Shown here piece by piece: positions 21,262 through 36,500 of a stretch of 64,000 nucleotides of DNA. The notes beneath the pieces were generated by a model. The model worked only from the letters and a program-made list of their open reading frames with translations. It was not told the DNA's origin and did not search any database. Position numbers and translations under genes: made by a program. The stretch is from Cycas panzhihuaensis (taxonomy: Eukaryota; Plantae; Cycadophyta). The DNA lies in assembly GCA_023213395.1 (NCBI GenBank), contig CM041465.1:169267741-169331740 (forward strand), given 5' to 3'. Numbering within the stretch: position 1 is the first letter of the stretch; every line of letters starts with the position of its first letter.

Positions 21262-23773
21262 TGTGACACCAACAAAAGTGTAATGTATAACTTTTTTCCT
21301 TTCTAGTTCAATCACCCCAAGTAAAGTGAATGCCTATTTATGCAACACGAAGTGTGGGGATATACCATTTTGATTTCTTAGTTTATTAAGTAACTTAGTG
21401 TTAGGATTTAGTGCATTTGGATTTAAAACTATCAATACTTCTTTCAATATAAAATTATCCTTTCATTTGTTGCTTGCATAATAAAAAAGTAGCTAGATTA
21501 CTCAAATGGGTAGTACAAACACAGGAGCATATGATATGAATGAGGGATAAATTAAGGGAAAAAATAAATATAAGGGTAGATGATAGACTTTGGGACCTTC
21601 ATGACTTCTTTGGTGGTATAAAATATAATCAATCAATATATATTTTGCTAAGGATGAATTTGTCAAGTCAAAGAGGAGGTCTTTAAGTCTCCAATGAGTG
21701 GTGGGACCTTGAAATTGGACATTGGATAAAGAAGTTATAAAAATCTGAAGTGATCCTCCAAGTTGAGTTTTTCAAGTTAAAAACTTCTCGTAAATTTGTA
21801 AGTGAGTTGATGAGTTTGGGCATCAAAGGGCCCAACTATGAAGTTACAAAAGAAAGGTCATGAAGGGGAGAGTCTCTTGTAATTTTACAAATGAGTGAGT
21901 GAGTGAGACCTTTACATTATTTAAGTGCAAAGTTACAAAATGATATTACATATGGACCTGAGTATAATTGTAAAACTAAATCCTAAAGTTGCGAAAAATA
22001 AGACAACAAACAAAGGAGCACCTTACAAATTTGCAAATGAGTAGTTACATGAAAAACATAAAGGAATATCCTATGTATTTTTACAAATGGGTCATTAACC
22101 CTAAGCATAAGCATATAACGATATAAAAACATGAAAATGAAGAGTTACAAGGTAAAATCTCAATCTTTAAGCCTCCAAGAAAGAATTAGAACTCACACAA
22201 TAGATAAAGTTGAAAAGGAAGGAGAAGGAAGACAAACAGATATTATTCAAATGCCCATTATCTCTTTAGCTAATTTCACTTTATCTTTTAGGGTCTTTGG
22301 ATTATTTTGGACCTTGATCTTAGGAGGGAGCAAAGTAGTATGGAGTTGGGGTGCACAGAGCAAAGCAACATTAAGTTGGGTGCATATAGTAGACAAGTTC
22401 TATATGATTATTTATTGGTTTACTTTATACAGAGTAAATAACTTTTGCATGATTATTTCTTAGTTCCATTTCATTCTTTAATTTTGTTTCACATAGTAGA
22501 TAAGTTATGCAATGATTATTCTTTAATTTAATTTTATAGAAGAAATAACTTTAGCATGATTATTCTTTGGTTTAGTTGCATAGAGCAAATAAGTTCTATA
22601 GGAATATTCTTTGGTTTTGTTTTGCATAATAAATAAGTTCTACATAAATATACCTTGGATTAGTTTTCATAGAGCAAGTACATTCACACTTAGAGAAATC
22701 TCGTAGGATTTTATCTCCATCTCATGTAAGGGATAGATTTGCTAAGTTGCATTCATTATTATTTTAATCTCATTAGATTGTCTTGAAGGTGTGAAATTAC
22801 AATTTGGTTCAGAGGGTTTAGGTTGAGCAAGTCCCCATTCCTTAAGGGTTGAGTGAGTCCCCCCTTAGTTATTTTTATATACACAAGGGTTGAATGAGTC
22901 CCCTCTTTGATTATTCTTATGTGTATGGGTAAGTCTTGTAGGGTATGAATTCACACCCTCATTCTTCGTGAGTGTTATATGGTATGAAACACATAACCCA
23001 TTAAGATAAGTCTCATTTTTTATGAGTGATATATGGAATGATATACATAGCCCACTAAGATAACAAGCTAGTATGAAGACATACAAGATTACTATCACAT
23101 GTTGTATGGTATGGGACATATAGTTCATAGAGAGGTTATCCAAAGAGATTGGATTAGTGGTGATGCATATCTGATATGACATTTTTGAATAAAATGCATA
23201 AATTAATGCACATTAAAAAGTTCAAAAAATAGCTCATTAGTGTATTGACTTAATGGTGGTATATGTGTGGTATGACATTTTTAGATAACGTGCATGAATT
23301 GAAATGTAATATAAAGTTTATGAGTAATTCAATAGTGATTTATTATAGTTTTATGACCAAATAAGTCATTAGGATAGGCTATGGTTTAAGAGTTGAGTGA
23401 CTTATTAGTATTCTAACATTTATATTGTGTGCTTTAGCTTCAGGATATTTTCCTATTAAGGAAAGTAGTTGGTTAGGTGGTGAATCCATTTAAAGTATTT
23501 TAGCTAGTGCTTTTTTTCAATTAACTTAAGTTTAAGTAAGATGTCCTAATAAGTGAACTGTAATGTTATGCCACTTATTATTTTTTCTAAAATTGATGAC
23601 CACTAAGATGGTGTTTTATAATGTATTAGAAACATCATTAACCTCTTGGACTAGCAACATCCCTAAATATATGTTTTTTAATTGTGCATGCTTGAATAAC
23701 TCTAATTTTAGCTTTCACAATCTAAGTAGATCGAGTAGATATTGGCTTGGTTGGCAAACTTGAGTGAGTCACA
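21262..23773 (+). mobile_element. Probable long LTR (~2.5 kb)
   Basis: TGTGAC...GTCACA termini, internal subrepeats (22400-22690, 22830-22960), followed by PBS-like TAGTATCATAG at ~23779. No TSD seen. Confidence 0.4.
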
Positions 23774-25386
23774 ACTAAGTAGTATCATAGTCAACTCCTA
23801 GGTAAGGGTTGGGGCCATGATAGGGGGTGGTGTTAGAACAACAAGGTAGAAGCATAGATTATTAAAGCACAATGGAAGCTTATAATTTTGGAAAATGAAT
23901 TATAACTCTAAGGTGGAAGCTTATTATTGTTGTTTTAATTATTCTTAATACTTAGTCTAAGTTGCCTAATGTAGTGCTAGTCTATATATTTGTAGGTTAA
24001 CAAAAGGACAATTCAAAACCCATAGGTGAAATGTACCTTATTATGCTAATTTATTTGATTGAAATAGATATCCTACTTTATGTATTATATATCTTGATCA
24101 ACTTGAGCTTAAACAGTAAGGCAAATGGCTTTTAGTGAAATGGTATTCTAGATAAAAGGAAATAAATTAGACAAAGATGTTAGTACTTTAATAAACTTAT
24201 TTGTGATAGTAATAACTAGACATTCATAAGATTTTTCACTATCACTAACATAAGGAATAGAATACCAAATTACATGTCCTCAATATCCTAATATTAAATA
24301 ATATGATGCAACTTAAAAAACTAAGAATATATTCACATAACCATTAAAAAAAGGTTTTGTTGAGAGAATAAGAGACGATCCCTTAACATACAAAGGAGTC
24401 ATTACAAAATATATCTTTAAACTTTAAAGAAAATAACTCATTAACTAGCAAACCATCGAACAAAGTTTCTAATGAGTTGAAAATAAATGATATTATTTTA
24501 TTGATCTTTAAAGAATAGATTACAATGATAGTTAGTTTGTATCAATCTATGATCTAATAATTTTACAATTTGATTACAATGGTGACTAGGTGTAGCTTGC
24601 TACTTAAAAGAATTCCCTAATATAAACTAATGGAACTTATGTCTTCTAATAAATGGTAAAGTCTTCAATAACTAAATCTTGAGCTTATTAAAGAGTCCAT
24701 TAAATTGGAAATTTGGATCTTCTTCATAAGCACATATAGCCTATTAAGGAGAAAGGAAAAATAAATCAATTATTTAAACACATTAAAAGGAGGGGAGCCA
24801 AATCATGATAAACTAATGAAAAGGAGATAGACCTACAGTCAAGGAAAGTAAAAATAAAGAAAAGTAAGAAGGGAATAATAGGAAAACACCCTAGACACAG
24901 TATATACCAATTAGCTTTGTAATAACTAGCATATAATGCAATCTAATCTCATTAAGTAGAGCCTCTTCTATCTATCTTTCTCCCCATCCTTTCTCTATTT
25001 TCTCCTTCTAAGTAGTTACTAGAGGAAAAATCAATAGCATTAGTGTTGAGGCAACTTATAATTATTAGAAATTAATTGGTCATTACTTCAATTATTCCTG
25101 TCTTCCTAAAATATAAAATTACTAGTAATGTACATGGTGACTTGTCATTTTCTAGAGTACAGGTGGTCTAATTATTTATCTTTATTCGACAACTGATCAC
25201 CTAATTACTAGTGCCATTATATCCACTCATGAGATATGTATAGATAATTTTAATTGATAATTAACCTTTATTCTTATGAATTCAAAGTTGATAAAGATGC
25301 ACCTATTTTCTCTATTATCTCCTTATGCAAAATTGGTAGTAGTTGGAGGTTGGGCATCTCTATCATCCCTTTTAAGTTATAGATTT

Positions 25387-26498
25387 TTTTTTTTTTAATT
25401 AGGTATAAGAAATAATGTTGGGTTTTAAAACAGGATCCCACAACATTTTACATTAGAATTCCATCAGTCATAATATCAAAAGTGGCCATGACAAGACCGT
25501 GGCCTACTAAACCCTCCCAGATAGGAAACACTCTTGCCATGACAAACCTAGTGGCTAGCTCTATTACTTCACTTTAATCCATCCTCCTCAACTAGTCTCT
25601 TAATTTCCTCTAGGAGATCCTCTCTCCAAACCTCAGCTCTTTTATGGATAACCCCCCAGTTTGCTAATTTGTTTGCCACTATGTTGCCTTCTTTGTAAGT
25701 ATGAGTTAATTGATAGTTTCCAATTCCCCCTAGGGCCTCCTGAATGTCCTCGATCATGTCCTAAGACCTCCATTTTAGTGCATATATGCCTTTGAGGAGG
25801 TTGATTACATTGAGTGAGTCCCCTTCTAGAATCACCCTATTATGACCTTCATGAGTAACCATGCAGAAAGCTTTTCTTATTACTCCCATCTCAACCCTAT
25901 AGTTTGTATGGTTATTATAGTATTCAACAAAAGCCCATATGATCATCCCTTTCGAATATTTATAGATGCCCCTCCCCCCCAGCTTCCCCTGGGTTAGCTT
26001 TTAAAGCCCCATTGAAATTTACTTTCACCCATGAATCTTTCAGAGGCTTACAAGTATAACTTCTTCTCCATTCCTTCTAAATCCTCAAGTTTATCCCCCA
26101 CTTCTTTAAAGTAAGGCTTTCTCTTGGTGAGACTCTTCTCTCCTCTTGGGACATCATGTTTTCCCCCATCTCACAGATGATAATGCTGACAATTCTAGTC
26201 TCATCCATTTGCTTTCCTTGGAACACCCTCCTGTTCCTCTCCTTCCATAAGTGCCACATCATTACCAAGAGGGAAGCTCTCCATATGCTCATTAAGCAAC
26301 TACTTCTGAACAAGCTTCTCCAGGAAACCCATTAATCTGTCAAATTTTTTGATGGGGCCCAACATACCTCGAAGAAATCCATAATCGACCTTCACTCTCT
26401 CCTAGCAAAATTGTAGTGAAGGAGGATGTGATCTATAGACTCCTCCTCGCTGCAATAAAGTATGCACCTATTTGGCATTACAAAACCTCTCCCATTTC
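25387..26498 (-). mobile_element. 5'-truncated L1-type LINE (zf-RVT and RNase H end of ORF2)
   Basis: Poly(A) tail (T run at 25384-25396). RNase H motifs VILEGDSLNVIN and HTYKEGNIVANKLANWG; MWHLWKERNRRVF. 13-bp TSD AAGTTATAGATTT at 25374-25386 and 26499-26511. Empty site in copy 2 near 56600. Confidence 0.92.
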
Positions 26499-27267
26499 AA
26501 GTTATAGATTTACTCCTTAAGGAGGAGTAACCTTTGGTCTTACTTCTCAAGTAGATGCTTTGAAATTATTTGGTTAGTATTCTAAGCTAATATCTAATCT
26601 TCCCACCTTTTTAATTAGTCTACTTAATCAAAACATAGTTATTGCCTCTCTAGAGTCATTTTAGTAGTAACTAAATCATAAAAAGCTTTCTTTCCAATGA
26701 CCTCCTTATTTCCTAATATACTTAGATCAAAATTAGGAGCAACAAATAAGATATCAACCATAAAAGGATCTAATATCTTGTTTACTTCTTTAGTTTCCTA
26801 TATTAATATTTTACTTTTTTCATCCTATTCAATAAGAATGTGTTGCCATTTGTGAATAAATGGCTTGTGAATGAGGCTAGTTTTGGGGCTATTAATAATT
26901 AATTATTTCTTGAAATTAAAAAAACCATTGCCTTCTGACAATTCCTTCTGATATATAAAGAGCACTTTAGCTACCACCTCACTCAACTTTTTGATAATTT
27001 TCTCCAACTCTCTTGGTCTTTAAGTTTTTAGAGAATATATACATGATGCTCTTCTTCTTTACATAATTTATCCACTAAGCCCATTGTGGACTATAGACTC
27101 CTGGCCATTATCTCTATATTTCTTACCACTTCTTTAATTTTGGGTGCAAGCACTTCTTCCAGTGGGTCAATGGACATATTGTTACTGCATACCTTATGAA
27201 GCTACTTGATTTGGTTATTTATATTTATATTTCTATTGATAAAACCTCATTCTCTTACATTATTAGT

Positions 27268-29450
27268 TGTAGTGGATTTGGTATCCACTACTAAAGTATA
27301 AGTAAAATTGATAAATATTTCTTTAGAAATATATTTGTATTGTATTGAATTAAAAGATGTGATGATGTTACATGGTTTTAAGGTATATGAATATTGATAA
27401 GGTACCCCTTTAATGAGCTACAACCCTAGCTAATTAATATATTGTTAATTATTAATGATATTATTGTAAGGTTTATAAGAAGTTCCTTCCCTTTTGAAAT
27501 GATTTACCCTTAAAGCATAGGGAAATTTTAGAAAGTTCCTATATGTAGGCACCCAATGATTTCTTAATTGATTGTGAGTTTATTTATTATTAAATTATTC
27601 TTTTATATGTGGAATATATATGAAGTACAATCTAGCAATGTAATCTACTTTCCATTGGTTTCTTCTTGATATCAAGGTGTTTCTAGATTTAAGTGAAGAG
27701 ATTCTAAAGAGCTGGTAAAGCTTTCCATTTTGTCAAGAATAAATAAAGTTTTGGTTATGGTTTAGTACATATGTTCCTAGTTCCTTGAGTCATTCAAACC
27801 TAAGTATGACATCTATATATCCTATAGAGAAGGTGTAATAATTAGTGTAGAGGATGAGCATATTGATTTGAAATTATTAGCTAATGACCTCCCTATTGTA
27901 CATTATATGTTTGTCACCTAGCATGGTTATTCAAAAAATCTTAGATCTATCAATGAAAAGGTTTAATCAATCTTCAACCTTGGTATTTATAAAGTTATGA
28001 GTACTTCCTATGTTAATAAGGATGACTACCTTTTTCTTATATATGTGTCTTTATAGTTTAATGGTATTAGACCATGGGATGCCTGATATGGCCATTAAAG
28101 AGATGGAAGGTTAGCCATTATCAAGGGATAATTAGTTTGATGGTATTAGACCATGGGATGCCTGATATGGCTATTAAAGAGATGAAAGGTTAGCCATTAT
28201 CAAGGGATAATATCCCCATAGGAGGTGGTTGATCATTAATGATATTAATTTTAGTGTTATCAACTTCTTCTCCATAAAGTTGGTTTTATTGTGAACATAA
28301 CTTAAGGTGTCATATAATTCAATTTTTGCTATAATACTGATAATTATTATTCTAGACTGTTTCTTCAAGTTTTGAAGTGTGACCTATAAGCAAATGTTAA
28401 TTTTTAGAACTAGGTCATTGCTTAGGAGGGGTATATTAAGAGATTTGTTCTTGTTACTTAACCTCAACTTGTCTTGAAAGAATAATGGCTTTCTCTTATG
28501 TAGTAGGTTAAAATATTTTAATTTTAGTATTAATATTAAGCCATAGGTTACCTTGGTGGAATCATACTATTTTTTCATCAAAACTAATTATTTTAAGTTA
28601 GAATATATCAAAACATTTAGTGAATTCCTTGACTAATGAATCACATTGAAAGTAATGTGATAGATAGATTTTATATGGAGTAGCATTTGGTCCTTCAACT
28701 TATTAACATATGACATCAAAAAAATCACTCAAGAGAATATAACCATAATTCAAATCCCCTTTTTGTATCCATGGGAAGGTAGGTCCTTCTAAATTATTAG
28801 TAAAAAATTTAGTTATTTCACTAAGATCATTAATTTTAAAATTACGAAATGTTTCTTCAAGTTTGGTAATCCATTTATTAAGATCAATTGTACCTTTAAT
28901 ATAATAAGATGCCTTTTGTATTGAATAATTGCTTGGTTATTATGATACTTAAGAGTTTTAGGCTTAGGGTTATTTATGTTTTGATATACGTTTTGTAATC
29001 TTGTCATTTATATGTTCCATCCATTATTCAATAGCATTGAGACCAATGTAAACATCATTGTTGAAGTTCCCCTTCTTTGCCATTTTTTGTTTCTTCTTAT
29101 ATTCTACTATATTAGATTATATAGAGTCTGAATAAAGCTCCTTAGTAAGTTAGTCTATGTCCTCTAGTATTTAATATATATGCTAATATGTTTACTCACT
29201 CTTGAGCAATAAACACTTATTATGTATGTATGTATGTATGTATGTATGTATGTATATATATACATACATACATACATACATACATAATAAACACTTATAT
29301 ATATTTGCATTGAATTATATTAAAAGATATAATGATGTTGCATGGTTTTTAGGTATGTAGATACTGATGAGGTACCCTTTTAATGAGTCACAACCCTAGC
29401 TAATTAATATATTATTAATTATTAATGATGTTGTTATGAGGCTTGCAATA
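27268..29450. mobile_element. Degenerate LTR-retroelement-derived insertion
   Basis: Absent from copy 2. Starts TG; TSD-like TTAGT/CTAGT. Sub-terminal direct repeats (27330-27475 vs 29300-29445) and an internal ~78-bp tandem duplication at 28063-28211. Confidence 0.55.
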
Positions 29451-30501
29451 CTAGTTATAATTGACTCTGAGAAATGACCATCTTATCCTTAATAAGCTTA
29501 TCTATATCAAAGTGCAGGTCAACTAATTCTGTGGTAAAGTTATCCTTGGTAACCCATGATATGGTCTCAGTCTGCCTTCTTTCTTTGGTAACAATCTTCT
29601 TTAAGGACTTCTCTTCCCTACTCCACTAATAGAATCATTCCTTGGCAGTTGTATCAAATGTTAAAACTTATATTGGTCCTCAATTATTTTATCTTAATTT
29701 TAATTATTCTATAGCCCATAAATTAAGTTGCGTTTCTTCATTTTACCCTTCTTCTTAACTTAGGCCTATTAATGGAGCCTTGCTTGTCTATAAAGTTTAA
29801 GGCTAGACCATGGCTTGTTTCTCCACTTAGATGCTTGTGATTACTTACTCTTGGTGGGGTTTACCTATCTCCACCTCTAAGGACTCCTAAACTACCATTT
29901 ATCCTACATAATGGTCATTAATCTTCTTGGATTTTAGTATAGTTAGGTTAGGTGAGATGTGTAACTACTATAGCACACCTTCCTCTTGTAGATAAATACC
30001 GACCTCTTCTTATTGAGATAGTTGCTTAATAACTCCATTATCTTATTGAACTTTCTAGGCTTCTATAATGACTTTCCTCTCTTTCTCAATTTCACCTCTT
30101 AAAATATCAATTAGGATGATGGGAATTAGCTTAGTAGTACCAATTGCTTCCTCTGTTATTATCTATGTTGGTTTGGCATTCTCAAGGGACTTAGTTTGTA
30201 CATGGCATCTTTATCTTACTCCCTCCTAAAAATATACAACATTATCTAATATCTTTAGGGATTTTATTATGCTTAGAGAAAGTTAAACTAATGTTTCCTT
30301 TGAGATAGGCTACTCTATCAGTGCTTTCAACTTTATAAGGAAAATCTTCTTCTATGTTAGAATAGGATAAGGAAAAGGTTAGGGCTCATAACCCATTTCT
30401 TTTACCATAAATACTATTCTCTCTTCTTCTAGAAAATGGACTTATGTTGGTGATTGTTGAGAATTTTCCTAAGTAGAATGGGTTAAAGTGGATGGATTCT
30501 G

Positions 30502-33500
30502 TGAAGTGAATTAATGCCACAAGGTCATAGTATTAGTTTATTATTCCTAAAAGGGTCTTAGGTGAACATTAAATTAGATCACTTAAGTGAAACACACTTT
30601 TATATGCATTATATGTAATTTCATCTCATTAAGGAAAACCCTAACCTAAATGGATCTCACTCATTAATACATAAAGTGAGATCTCAATGGAGAAAAATAA
30701 TTCTTACTTCCCCATTGTGAGAGATCTTTTGACTTTCCATTTTTCTCTTGCTCCTCTTGATTTAGTTACTACTCCTTAAACCTTACAACTCCTTTCATGT
30801 GGATCATAATACCAAGGAGTTATAAGGTTTAAGGATTTCAATCTTTTAGTAGCCATTCCTTTATTTTTCCCATTCTTTTTTGTTATCCCTTATTTTATCC
30901 ATTTGACAAACTGAAAAGCTATCAATTTTTTCCAGTATATGTATGATTTATAAGAGAAAATGCTAGTAAATTTTTACTAGAATTTGATAAATTTGTAAGG
31001 GGAGGTGTTGCCAAACGTTTTTAAAAATTTGGAGCCATTTATGATCCCCATTATTATACACTCTCACCTTGCCCGTATCAAGATCTTGGTGATCAAAATG
31101 GGATATTTATAAGTTTATATCATAGTTAGTTTTTTGTCACAATAAAAATCTTCTTAGTCAATTTCACAGGTTTACCAAAAATTCTGTAGAGCTCTAATTG
31201 ACTTGGTTCCACTTGCATTAGCAGTGGCTCTGAGTCTTATTTCCAACAAAAAATAAATCACTTAATTTTATTACTTAGATAGAAAGCTATTACTATTTTA
31301 GTAAATAGAGGTTATTTTCTGGTGAGGTTTGGCAAAAATTTGTTTTGTGCAATTTTTGAGACTGTCAAAAATCATGTAGAGCTTAACTTAACCTAATTCT
31401 AAATATAATAGAATCAACTCTAAGTCTTCTATCCAATAGAAAAAAGAGCACCCAATTTTGATTCTGAGGCAAAAAGTTATCACTATTTTTGTGAACAAAG
31501 GTCATTCTTTGGTGAGGGTTTGTTGGAAACTTAAAAAAAAAAGTTTCAAAGCCTATTATACAAAGTGAGTAGGAAAAAAAAAGCCTAGATCAAAGTAATA
31601 TTCGATGCCCTTACTTAGCATTTTAGCACTTGCAAAGCACTACATACACTACATTTAAATTTTTAATTTTATTATACTTTAAGGATTGATTGATTCACAT
31701 TTTCACTTCCCTAAAAGGAACCTCATACACATGTTCTTTTCCACACTAATTATACCTAGTCAGATACTTGCCTTGGTTAAGATACCTTAGTTAGCAAAAT
31801 CTATGTTGTAAAGAAGGTGTGGGCCATAGTTGTGGGCTAAACATAACTAAAATAGTGGTGAAGTTAAGGCTAACCATGCCAATGAACTTTATTTAGGGAT
31901 CATCTTGATAACCACCTAAGAAAACTAAAAACCTTAAATACAAGATAATTAATCTATTCAGTCTAATATCCATCATAGTCATGGGTATGCCCATACCATT
32001 TGACTCTTCGAAGGAGGTATATTACTACTCACTGGTGAATGGGATAAGGATTGTGAGTACCTGAGCTCTAATATGACTTGGATTTCATCACCAGGCATAG
32101 TTTTAGGTATCACAAGTAAAGGCATTAATTCATATATCTTTAGAGCCTTGCATCTTTTTTGTCACCTTATCTACTTTGGACTTAAGTTGAGATTACTAGA
32201 TTTTTACATATCCCACTTATGGACTTTAGTTGTGTGCCCTAATGATGCAAGTTCTTGGCCTCCTTATCTTGTATATCTTGATCATTCTCATCTCTTTGGT
32301 GATTATAATGCTCCATATCTTATAGTACTTCTTTACATTCTTGCTACATCATGACTATATTATCATAAGTATTAGTGACTTCTCATACTTCTTCACCTTA
32401 CTTCATATCCTGTTGTGCCAAGATATTACACTTAGAGTTACTCTTCTCACCCTACTACATCAAGGCCTCATAATCAAGTAACCTTCCAACTACTCTATAT
32501 TTCTTTTTTCTACTATTATATATATTTTTTCATCTTATTCTTTCTCATCTCTTATTTGTATTATGATTGGATGGTTGTTTCCTCTTACTTTTCTGTAGTT
32601 TCCTTCTTATAGACATCATGTCTTCACAATTCAAATAGAATGTCAACTATATTCTAAAAGGGAAAGAAAATTGGGACATATGGTTCACTAGCATCATGAA
32701 TGCTACTAAGTATGAAGGTCTTTGGTAAGACCACTTGTAGCCTACACTAGTTGTTGCTACCATTACTACTACACCTACTATTAGAGGAACTGCTCTTACT
32801 CCTCCTACTGATGCTCCAGGCAAATAACAATGGGAAAATGATGATGATAAAATTCATATAGGGATATTTCTTATCACTGACTATTCCCTATATAACCTCA
32901 TTTATGAAGCTATACATGATACTACATGGAGTGTCCTTGAAGTTCTCAAGAAGAACTTTGATGCAAAATCAAACTTGGAATATGTTTACCTAGTGTTGAA
33001 GATGGGCAAACTAAATATTCATAAGGGACATGCTAGTGAGATGATCAATCTCCTTTGACCTATCAAGCAAGATAATGATAAAAATTTTAAGACTCAATGT
33101 ATTGCATGGGATCTCTTAATTAAGTCATGTCTCCATATCCTAGATTATAAAAATCTAGTTGGAAGTCTTCAATCTAGTAGAACTTTGAAGACTTTAAACT
33201 TTGATACATTTGCCAACATATTCATTAAATTTGATAAGACCTATGATACAAATTTCTCTATTACGTTAGATCCTCTTGATGCCACTTTTGATATGGAAGA
33301 AGTACTTTTTTATAGCAAAAATCAAGGTCCACCCTCCTAGAGAGGTGGTAATTTCCATATATGAGGAAGAGGTAGATGATAAGGACAACATCCTCAAGGT
33401 CAATATGCTCTCTAGTATCAACAAAGATAGCCTCAAGGACAAGGCCAAAACAATAATCAAAGGTGAAATAACTAGCTTAATACTTCTTATGAGACTGGTA

Positions 33501-36500
33501 ATCCAATAATTATGTGCCAAAGGTGTTATAAATAAGGACACCATATCACATCTTATCGAGTTCCCACCTACAAGATCAAGAACTACCAGCACCATGGTGC
33601 TTATAATGTTGATGATAATTGTCTTGAAGATGGTTATGCTAGAACTTAATTTGCTCATATACATATCCTTTGTATTAGCACCTCTTTTTTAAAGATGTTG
33701 ACTAAACCACTACATTCTTTAAGGCTTATTGTGGGTATGCTACTTGTGATCCTAAATCACCTCAACCCCTTGGAGTTACACATAGTGTTACCTTAAGTAA
33801 TTCTTTATGGATTATGGATATTAGAGCTACTCAACATATGACTTGCCACTGCCACTTCTTTCAAGACTTTACTTAAAAAGTTCATGGTGTTGTTCATATG
33901 GTTGATAAGTCTTCTCAGCCTGTCAAAGGACTTATACCTATTTACCTAAATCTCTTAGGCCTTCTAGATTTTACTCTTTAAGATATTTTGTATATTCCCA
34001 CCTTGAAGTAGAACTTGCTCTCCCTATCCACTCTTGCCTCTTATGGATTTGATCTAAATGTAATTTCTAATAATCAAACTCTCTATGTCATTTACCCTCC
34101 TTTAAGTATTGTGGTCATAACCAAAATTCTTAATGGCAAGATTTTTTGCCTTATTGGTTTACTGTCTTTTAAAGCCAACTATGTTGATGGTGACTTTACT
34201 TTTAATATAACCTTGATCCTTAAAGGTTATTCCAAGAAGTCTTATGGCATGCTTACATAGGCCATATCAAAATTGACTGCTTGAGAGAACTACTTGCTAC
34301 CACTTCAAGTATGCCTAAGTTCTCCTTTAATCCCTTTGCCAAATCTCAGAGATAACCCTTTCTCAAAGTCAGTGGAAATCTAGTAGCCTTTATAGCTTAT
34401 ATATTTAGACATATATAGTATTATGCCCATCCCTTCTCTCAAAAGGAAGTGATATTATATCACTTTCATTGATGATTTTACCAAGAAAATATAGATTGCA
34501 TTCCTTGACAAGAAAGATGAAGTTTTTTACATGTTTAAAGGTTTTAAGATTCATGTCGAGAAAGAATTAGGATTTTTAATTAAGACATTCAGAACTAATA
34601 ATGGTATCGAGTACACATCTAATAAGTTTGAGATGTGCTTATATTATCATGGGATCAAATCACAAACTATAATTGTAGGTACACCATAGTAAAATGGAAT
34701 TATCGAGCACATGAATAGGACCATCATGAACATGGATCATGCTATGCTAGTATACAAGAATGTGTTTACCTATTTTTAGGCTAAGGCTATATAGACTACC
34801 ATGCATTATATCAATATTATTAGTCCCTCTCAGCTTAGACCCTTCCTGCATGAAGATGATATGGATAGTCTCCCACTATCTCTTACTTCAAAATTTTTTG
34901 CTCTACTTGTTATGCTCACATTTTAGTCAAGCATAAAAACAAGCTATAAGATAGAGCCCTAAAAGGAATCTTTGTTAGATAACCTATGGATAGAAAGGGA
35001 TGTAAGGTTTTTATACCTTTACAACATAAGATCATTGTCACTTGAAACAATATTTATAGAAATTGAGGATCAGTTGCTCATACTTAATTCAAAGATGCTT
35101 TTACATTGATTTAATGATGCTAAAGAATTTGATGTCTACATTCTAACATTTTAAGAGGAGACACTCAACAATTACTAAAAATCTTAGAATCTGATAATAG
35201 TGCTCCATATATAGAGGAATAAAGTTGTGACAACCAACCAATACATGTATCATCATCACCATCTACTTCACATCATAGGCATGTTGATAAAAAAAAAGAT
35301 ATTACAGAAGAATCATCATTGTCAACTTCTTCTATATCTCATGATTTATTTCAGGATAAAAATGAAGGTCGCGAGGCTATGGAAATAAAACCCTCATTCT
35401 TAACTCACAGTATTTGTGAAGTCTGCTAGCTCCAAAAAGATATGCAGCTAGATGAGCTGGGTAAAACTAACACTAGTGGCACCCTTAGAGCTAAAGTACA
35501 TGAATCATATATTATAAAGCTTGAATTAGAAGAATTACACCTTGCTCTAAATGAAGAGCCACTTATATACCAAGAAGCTATAAACTATATAATTTGAAGA
35601 AATGTTATGAATGAAGAATATCAATCTTTAATAAAAAATAGTACATGGGAGCTTGTTGATCTACCACTTAGGAGAAAGATAGTTTGAAATAAATAGGTGT
35701 ATATGAATAAGTGCAAATCAGATGGCATCCTAGATAAACATAAGGTAAGGCTAGTAGCAAAATATTTTATGTAGAAAGAAGGCATTAACTATACTGAAGT
35801 GTTTACACCTACGACCAAGTATCCCAAAATTATAACTCTTATGGCCTTAGCAGCTCAACAAGGTTAGAAAAACAACCCTCTAGATATAAAGACTACTTTT
35901 CTCAATGGGTACCTTATAGAAGAGATATACATAGTATAACTAGAAGGGTTTGAGATTATAAGACAAGGGTAGAAGGTATGTAGACACATAAAGTCTCTAT
36001 ACAGATAAAAAAAGCCCCTCATGCTTGGTTCAATAAGTTATTAAAATGGATGAGATAGATTGGATATTAAGTATATGACTACTAAGATATTGATGCAACT
36101 TTGTTCATCAAATAGACTAAAGATAGAGTCATATACCTCATAGTCTTTGTGGATGATATGCTCATAAAGGATAATAGTGATTAGGAAATACAAACGTTAA
36201 AAAAGGAACTTATAAGGACATTTGAAATATATGATCTCAGATTGTTGAGATACTACTTAGAAATTGAAGTGACTCAACATAATGGAAAAGTCTTTCTCAC
36301 CTAAGAAAAGTACATCAATGATCTTCTAGCACAGTTTTAGCTAGAAGATGCATGGACTGTATCTACATGAATGGAACCAAATATAAAACTTATACCAGAG
36401 GATGACACCTAGGAGGTATATGCAACACTCTATAGATAGTTAGTTGGTATCCTTATCTATGCTACTAACACAAGGCATGATATTGCCTATGCATGTGGAA

